Shown here piece after piece: positions 59,890-64,000 of a stretch of 64,000 bases of DNA. The stretch spans positions 12,112 to 76,111 of the forward strand of contig CAZLKB010000004.1 in assembly GCA_964560005.1 (NCBI GenBank), in the 5' to 3' direction. The number at the start of each line of letters is the position of its first letter. Position 1 is the first letter of the stretch. The notes beneath the pieces were generated by a model. The model made no database searches, had not been told where the DNA came from, and was given only the letters and a program-made list of their open reading frames with translations. This DNA is from an uncultured Gammaproteobacteria bacterium (lineage in GTDB: Bacteria; Patescibacteriota; Patescibacteriia; Patescibacteriales; GWC2-42-12). Position numbers and translations under genes: made by a program.

Positions 59890-61398
59890 ATGTCTGACTG
59901 GGTAAATAAAAAAATAGATTTATTAAAAGCCGATCTCCGGTCTGAAGCCGACGCGCCTGCCGCCGGCCAGTTCAACCATCAGCCGAAAAATAAACCGCTT
60001 AAACGAGTGGCTGTTTTGTTAACTTTCATATTTATCGCCTTTGTGGTCTTTGCTTTTAATAGGAACTCCAGCGAACCGTCATCGTCTTGGTTCTATAACC
60101 TGCCGATTATCAGCCAGATTAAGCATCTGGTTGAAAGTGCTGATGTTAAATTAAAAGGCGAGGACAGAGATCAAGTAAATATCCTGCTTTTGGGAATTGG
60201 CGGCAAAAATCATGACGGCGGCCTGTTAACCGATACTATAATTTTAACCAGCTTGAAGCCCAGCGAAAAAAAATTATCTTTGCTTTCCATACCGCGCGAC
60301 CTGGCCGTGCCGATTGAAAACATGGGCTGGCAAAAAATAAACAGCGTCAACGCTTATGCCGAAATGAAAGAGCCCGGCTCCGGCGGGCTGGCGGTCAGCC
60401 AAACCATCAGCGATGTTTTCCAAACTCCGATTGACTATTACTTAACCGTGGATTTCACCGGCTTTGAAAAAATTATTGACGACTTGGGCGGAATTAAAAT
60501 AACCGTAGACAACACTCTTGATGATTATAAATACCCGATTTTAGGCAATGAAGATTCGCCCTGGGATCAAAGATGGGAACATCTGCATATTGAAAAAGGC
60601 GAGCAAACCATGAATGGCAGTCTAGCTTTAAAATATGTCCGCTCCAGGCATGCCGGAGGCGTAGAGGGTTCTGATTTCGCCCGCTCGCGCCGGCAGCAAA
60701 AAGTCTTGGAAGCGGTTAAAGCAAAAGTAATGTCGCTTAACATTTTATTTAAACCCGCCATGATTTCTAAGACTATTTCCGATATCCAGGAAAATTACAG
60801 CACCAATTTAAAAATTTGGGAAATTATCAAGCTGTGGGAGCTGGGAAAAAATATCAAGAGCGAAGATATCTCTAGCAATGTGCTGGATAACAGCCCGGAC
60901 GGACTCTTAGTGGACACCGTGGGCGTTGACGGCGCCTATCTCCTATCGCCCAGAAGCGGCGACTTTTCGGAAATACAATATTTAATCAATAATATTTTTG
61001 CCGAGGCGCCGGTAAGCGACAAAGCGGTAATTAAGCAGCAGCCGGCCACGGTTGAAGTTAGAAACGGCACCTGGATAAACGGTTTAGCCAATAAAACCGC
61101 TTTGGATTTAGAAAAATACGGCTTTGATATAGTCCGCATCGGCAACACCAGCCAAAAAAACTTTGAAAAAACAGTCATCTATGATTTGACTTACGGCGCT
61201 AAAATTCAAGCGCTGACGATTTTAAAAAATAAAACCAACGCCAATGTTTCCTTGGGCATACCCGAATGGCTGATTAACGATCTGGCTAAAGAACTGGCCA
61301 TAGAAAAAACAGCCAAACCTGTCCAACCGGATTTTATTATTATTCTCGGCCGGGATGCGGACTCCACGCAATCAGGCGTGGAAAATACGGCACAGTAA
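59890..61398 (+). CDS. LytR-CpsA-Psr (LCP) family cell-envelope phosphotransferase with a C-terminal LytR_C-like domain
   Basis: 502 aa with a TM anchor. LCP block: NILLLGIGGKNHDGGLLTDTIILTSL...LSIPRDL. It also has YVRSRH and RRQQKV. Confidence 0.85.
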   Translation: MSDWVNKKIDLLKADLRSEADAPAAGQFNHQPKNKPLKRVAVLLTFIFIAFVVFAFNRNSSEPSSSWFYNLPIISQIKHLVESADVKLKGEDRDQVNILLLGIGGKNHDGGLLTDTIILTSLKPSEKKLSLLSIPRDLAVPIENMGWQKINSVNAYAEMKEPGSGGLAVSQTISDVFQTPIDYYLTVDFTGFEKIIDDLGGIKITVDNTLDDYKYPILGNEDSPWDQRWEHLHIEKGEQTMNGSLALKYVRSRHAGGVEGSDFARSRRQQKVLEAVKAKVMSLNILFKPAMISKTISDIQENYSTNLKIWEIIKLWELGKNIKSEDISSNVLDNSPDGLLVDTVGVDGAYLLSPRSGDFSEIQYLINNIFAEAPVSDKAVIKQQPATVEVRNGTWINGLANKTALDLEKYGFDIVRIGNTSQKNFEKTVIYDLTYGAKIQALTILKNKTNANVSLGIPEWLINDLAKELAIEKTAKPVQPDFIIILGRDADSTQSGVENTAQ

Positions 61399-61404
61399 TA
61401 AATA

Positions 61405-61509
61405 ATGCAAAATTGAAAAATCAAAATTAAAAATTACAATGCAAAATGTAAAATTATTAATCCATTTTTAACTTTACATTGTCATTTTACATTTTGAGAT
61501 TTACATTTT
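61405..61509. repeat. AT-word palindromic spacer (family A) between the LCP gene and der
   Basis: The right arm CATTGTCATTTTACATTTTGAGATTTACATTTT (61477-61509) is identical over 33 nt to 23432-23464. Confidence 0.85.
61479..61507 (+). promoter_or_regulatory. Candidate promoter embedded in the family-A motif upstream of der
   Basis: TTGTCA (61479-61484), a 17-nt spacer, then TACATT (61502-61507). The ATG lies at 61518, so any transcript would have almost no leader. No Shine-Dalgarno sequence is visible. Confidence 0.3.
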
Positions 61510-61517
61510 GAATTTCT

Positions 61518-62942
61518 ATGGCAGATACAAAAAAGAAAAAAAAGCCTCTCCCCCTGGTCGTTATCTTCGGTCGAACCAATGTGGGCAAATCCACTCTATT
61601 TAATTGCTTGGTTGAAAAACGCCAAGCCCTGGTTTCTGATATCCAAGGAACTACCAGAGACAGTAATTTAGGGGAAATCACCTGGCGCGGCCATAAATTC
61701 GCCATGGTTGATACCGGCGGCATGATTGATTTCAAACATTTATCCGATAAAACCAAGGCAACCGATGAAATTGATAACCAAGTTCAAAAACAAGCCTTTA
61801 AATACTTAAACCGGGCTGATTTAGTTTTATTTTTACTTGATAATAAATCAGGCCTATTGCCCCAAGACAAAGAATTGGCGCTGTTAATCAAAAAAAATAT
61901 CAATGCCGAAAAAGTAATCTTAACGGTAAACAAAGCCGATGCTCCGAAGGATCGGCTGAAACTTTCTGAATTTTATAAATTAGCTCTGGGTGAACCCTTT
62001 CCGGTTTCGGCCGCCAACGGTTCGGGTACGGGCGATTTACTGGATATTATTGTTAAAAAGCTTAAATTTAGAAACATCAAAAGCGACAAGGATAAGAATT
62101 ACTTAACTAAAGAAGCGCCGATTGAAGACAACCCGATTAAGGTCTGCATCATCGGCCAGCCCAATGTAGGTAAGTCCAGCTTGCTTAATTCACTGCTGGG
62201 CTACGAGCGGGTGATTGTCAGTCCGGTACCGCATACTACCCGCGAACCCCAGCACACTAAAATAATTTATGAAAACCGTCCCCTGCTGTTAATCGATACC
62301 GCCGGCATCAGCCACAAAGGCGCTAAAACCTACGGTTTGGAAAAATTCGGCATTGCCAAATCCTTGTCCGCCTTGTCAAAAAGCGATATTGCTTTATTGG
62401 TTTTGGATATGAGCCTTGAAATTACCCATCAAGACGCCAGGCTGGTGGAAGAAATCGTCAGTCATAAAAAAAGCTTTATTTTCATCGCCAATAAGTGGGA
62501 TCAAGTGCCGGAGCGAGATACAAAAAAATATACCGATTACATCTACGACAAAATGCCGTTCGCCCGCTTCGCGCCCATCCAATTTATTTCCGCCAAAACC
62601 GGCGAAAAAGTAAAAAAAATCTTTGATCTGATCTTAAAAATTGATCAGCAAAAAAAATTAGAATTAAGCGACTCCCAACTGTCTCATTTTCTGTCGCGCA
62701 TCGTCAGAGTACACCGCCCGGTTAAAGGCAAAGGCGTTAAACACCCTCATATCCGCGACTTTACCCAGATTAGCGCCAACCCGCCGAAATTTGAATTAAA
62801 AATCGGTCCTAAGGAAGACCTACATTTTTCCTATATCCGTTTTATTGAAAACCGCTTACGGGAAACTTACGGCTTTTTAGGCACTCCCCTAACCGTGCAA
62901 GTGGCCAAGAATAAAACCGCGCATGGAAAACACCAGGAGTAA
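61518..62942 (+). CDS. der: Ribosome-biogenesis GTPase Der (EngA)
   Basis: 474 aa with two GTPase domains (GRTNVGKST and GQPNVGKSS, each with DTGG/DTAG and NKxD) and a C-terminal KH-like domain. Confidence 0.92.
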   Translation: MADTKKKKKPLPLVVIFGRTNVGKSTLFNCLVEKRQALVSDIQGTTRDSNLGEITWRGHKFAMVDTGGMIDFKHLSDKTKATDEIDNQVQKQAFKYLNRADLVLFLLDNKSGLLPQDKELALLIKKNINAEKVILTVNKADAPKDRLKLSEFYKLALGEPFPVSAANGSGTGDLLDIIVKKLKFRNIKSDKDKNYLTKEAPIEDNPIKVCIIGQPNVGKSSLLNSLLGYERVIVSPVPHTTREPQHTKIIYENRPLLLIDTAGISHKGAKTYGLEKFGIAKSLSALSKSDIALLVLDMSLEITHQDARLVEEIVSHKKSFIFIANKWDQVPERDTKKYTDYIYDKMPFARFAPIQFISAKTGEKVKKIFDLILKIDQQKKLELSDSQLSHFLSRIVRVHRPVKGKGVKHPHIRDFTQISANPPKFELKIGPKEDLHFSYIRFIENRLRETYGFLGTPLTVQVAKNKTAHGKHQE

Positions 62943-63062
62943 ATTTTCAATTCTCAATTCTCAATTTTCAAACAATGTTATAATTCTTCAATTTCTTAAT
63001 TAACTAATTGAAAATTAAATCCTTGAAAATTGTTTGAAAATTAAAAATTAAAAATTAAAAAT
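62941..63062. repeat. AT-word palindromic spacer (family B) between der and pth
   Basis: AAATTTTCAATTCTCAATTCTCAATTTTCAAACAAT faces GAAAATTGTTTGAAAATTAAAAATTAAAAATTAAAAATTTT. It ends at the pth ATG. Confidence 0.7.
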
Positions 63063-63065
63063 TTT

Positions 63066-63620
63066 ATGCAGACCATCGTCGGCCTGGGCAACCCGGGCGA
63101 ACAATATGAAAACACCCGCCACAATGTCGGCTTTATGGCGATTGACGCTTTAGCTAAAGAACTTGGTTTAACTTGGGAAACCAGTAAAAAATTTAAAGCC
63201 GAATTAGCCAAAGGGTCTGGTTTATTATTGATTAAGCCGCAAGACTTCATGAACAACTCGGGCCAGACCGTGGCCGCGGTTTTATCGTATTACAAGCTTC
63301 TGCCGAAAAAGTTAGGCATACTTAAATCCGCTAACGCTGATTTATCGGAAATTTTAACGGTTATCCACGACGACTTGGACATTGAACTAGGAAAATTTAA
63401 AATTTCAATTGATTCCCGAAGCGCCGGCCATAGGGGCGTTGAATCTACCATCAACCATCTCAAAACTAAAAATTTTAAGCGTTTAAGGATTGGCATTCGC
63501 ACACCAGCCTTAGAAAAAATTCCAGCTGACAAGTTTGTTCTGCAAAAGTTTAAGGACGAAGAACTAAAAACAATTAATTCAGTAGTGCTGACTTCGTTAA
63601 ACGAGATTAAAATTAATTAG
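63066..63620 (+). CDS. pth: Peptidyl-tRNA hydrolase
   Basis: 184 aa. The N-terminus IVGLGNPGEQYENTRHNVGF and the block NNSGQ are typical of Pth. Confidence 0.9.
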   Translation: MQTIVGLGNPGEQYENTRHNVGFMAIDALAKELGLTWETSKKFKAELAKGSGLLLIKPQDFMNNSGQTVAAVLSYYKLLPKKLGILKSANADLSEILTVIHDDLDIELGKFKISIDSRSAGHRGVESTINHLKTKNFKRLRIGIRTPALEKIPADKFVLQKFKDEELKTINSVVLTSLNEIKIN

Positions 63621-63629
63621 TACAAATAA

Positions 63630-63662
63630 AAAACACCCTCGCTAATACGAAGGTGTTTTTTT
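63630..63662 (+). terminator. Rho-independent terminator after pth
   Basis: AACACCCTCG (63632-63641) pairs with CGAAGGTGTT (63648-63657), followed by a T run. Confidence 0.7.
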
Positions 63663-63676
63663 AATATTCACAATTC

Positions 63677-63756
63677 TGCCTAGAAGCCCGGGATAAACCC
63701 AATTGAAGGCTCGAGCTAAACCAGGAGGGAGGTTTAACCTTTACCACTCCTAGGCA
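63677..63756. other. 80-nt GC-containing structured segment of unknown nature
   Basis: It is closed by TGCCTAG (63677-63683) and CTAGGCA (63750-63756). Internal hairpins are GGG-ataaa-CCC and AAACC-aggaggga-GGTTT. I recognised no RNA-family motif. Confidence 0.25.
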
Positions 63757-64000
63757 AAATTCTAAATACTATTAAGCCCAAATTTACCCCGTTAGAATAA
63801 ATTTTCCATTAGACTCATAACTGGCCAACTTCACGACTCAACTAAAGGCTTTTTCTAATGGGGATAAATATGTTATTATGTCAATATAAAAACTTGATTA
63901 TTAATTTTAATCAAATTAAATATCATAATATATTATCACAACCAATTTTTCATGTCAAGAGCCAAATATAATTTTTACCAATAAAATTCGCTAATAATAA

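Noticed and set aside
59766-59975. 69-aa minus-strand ORF overlapping the LCP gene start
   Set aside because: It lies in the promoter/leader region and runs antisense to the LCP start. The composition is low-complexity and no motif is present.
63677-63756. SRP (4.5S) RNA
   Set aside because: It lacks the conserved GGAA tetraloop and AGCAGCC-type helix-8 motifs, and it has no long closing helix.
1-64000. Alternative genetic code (UGA or UAG reassignment, as in some CPR lineages)
   Set aside because: Long conserved genes (ligA, gatA, ftsZ, hisS and the 2718-aa ORF) are uninterrupted under the standard code, so there is no sign of in-frame stops needing recoding.

Overview
This 64-kb window reads like part of a small, streamlined Candidate Phyla Radiation (Patescibacteria/Parcubacteria-like) genome using the standard code. 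That placement is an inference from gene content and protein style, not from any search. I count about 55 protein genes, mostly on the minus strand, and 2 tRNAs (Asn-GTT, Ser-GGA). I see no rRNA, CRISPR array, transposase or integrase.

Housekeeping genes: rpoD-dnaG, gatC-gatA, ligA, ftsA-ftsZ, ybeY, dgkA, hisS, rpsU, lepB, der, pth, maf, mltG and a short Rel. They are interleaved with envelope and surface genes:
- an ECF sigma operon;
- a membrane-anchored alpha-2-macroglobulin-like protein carrying a Hint/intein-like insert;
- FTR1 and ZIP metal transporters;
- a type IV pilus block (pilD, four prepilin-like genes and a 523-aa repeat protein);
- two membrane proteins with thrombospondin-type-3-like repeats;
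- two paralogous surface proteins (1004 and 2718 aa) that both begin with the same VirB2/TrbC-like two-helix 'T4SS-pilin' module.

Observations I rate highest:
1. The pilin-module-anchored giant protein locus (42781-54565).
2. The Hint domain with a non-nucleophilic +1 residue, flanked by a duplicated AEKGG, next to the bait-region position of a thioester-less A2M (5443-5859).
3. The intergenic architecture. Most spacers over 100 nt that I examined are long imperfect palindromes built from short AT-rich words. One 33-nt motif (TTGTCA-17-TACATT) recurs 8-16 nt upstream of several start codons.
4. AT-rich and GC-rich palindromic elements that sit in frame inside conserved genes (pilD, ligA, yqeY, possibly hisS and dnaG), reminiscent of Rickettsia palindromic elements.
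5. A visibly AT-richer island with a PD-(D/E)xK nuclease-like gene translationally coupled to a truncated MBL-fold gene (14244-16867).

Limits: all calls come from reading the ORF translations and the raw sequence by eye and from remembered family motifs. No BLAST, HMM, folding or statistics were run. Family names are best guesses and all functional interpretations are hypotheses.
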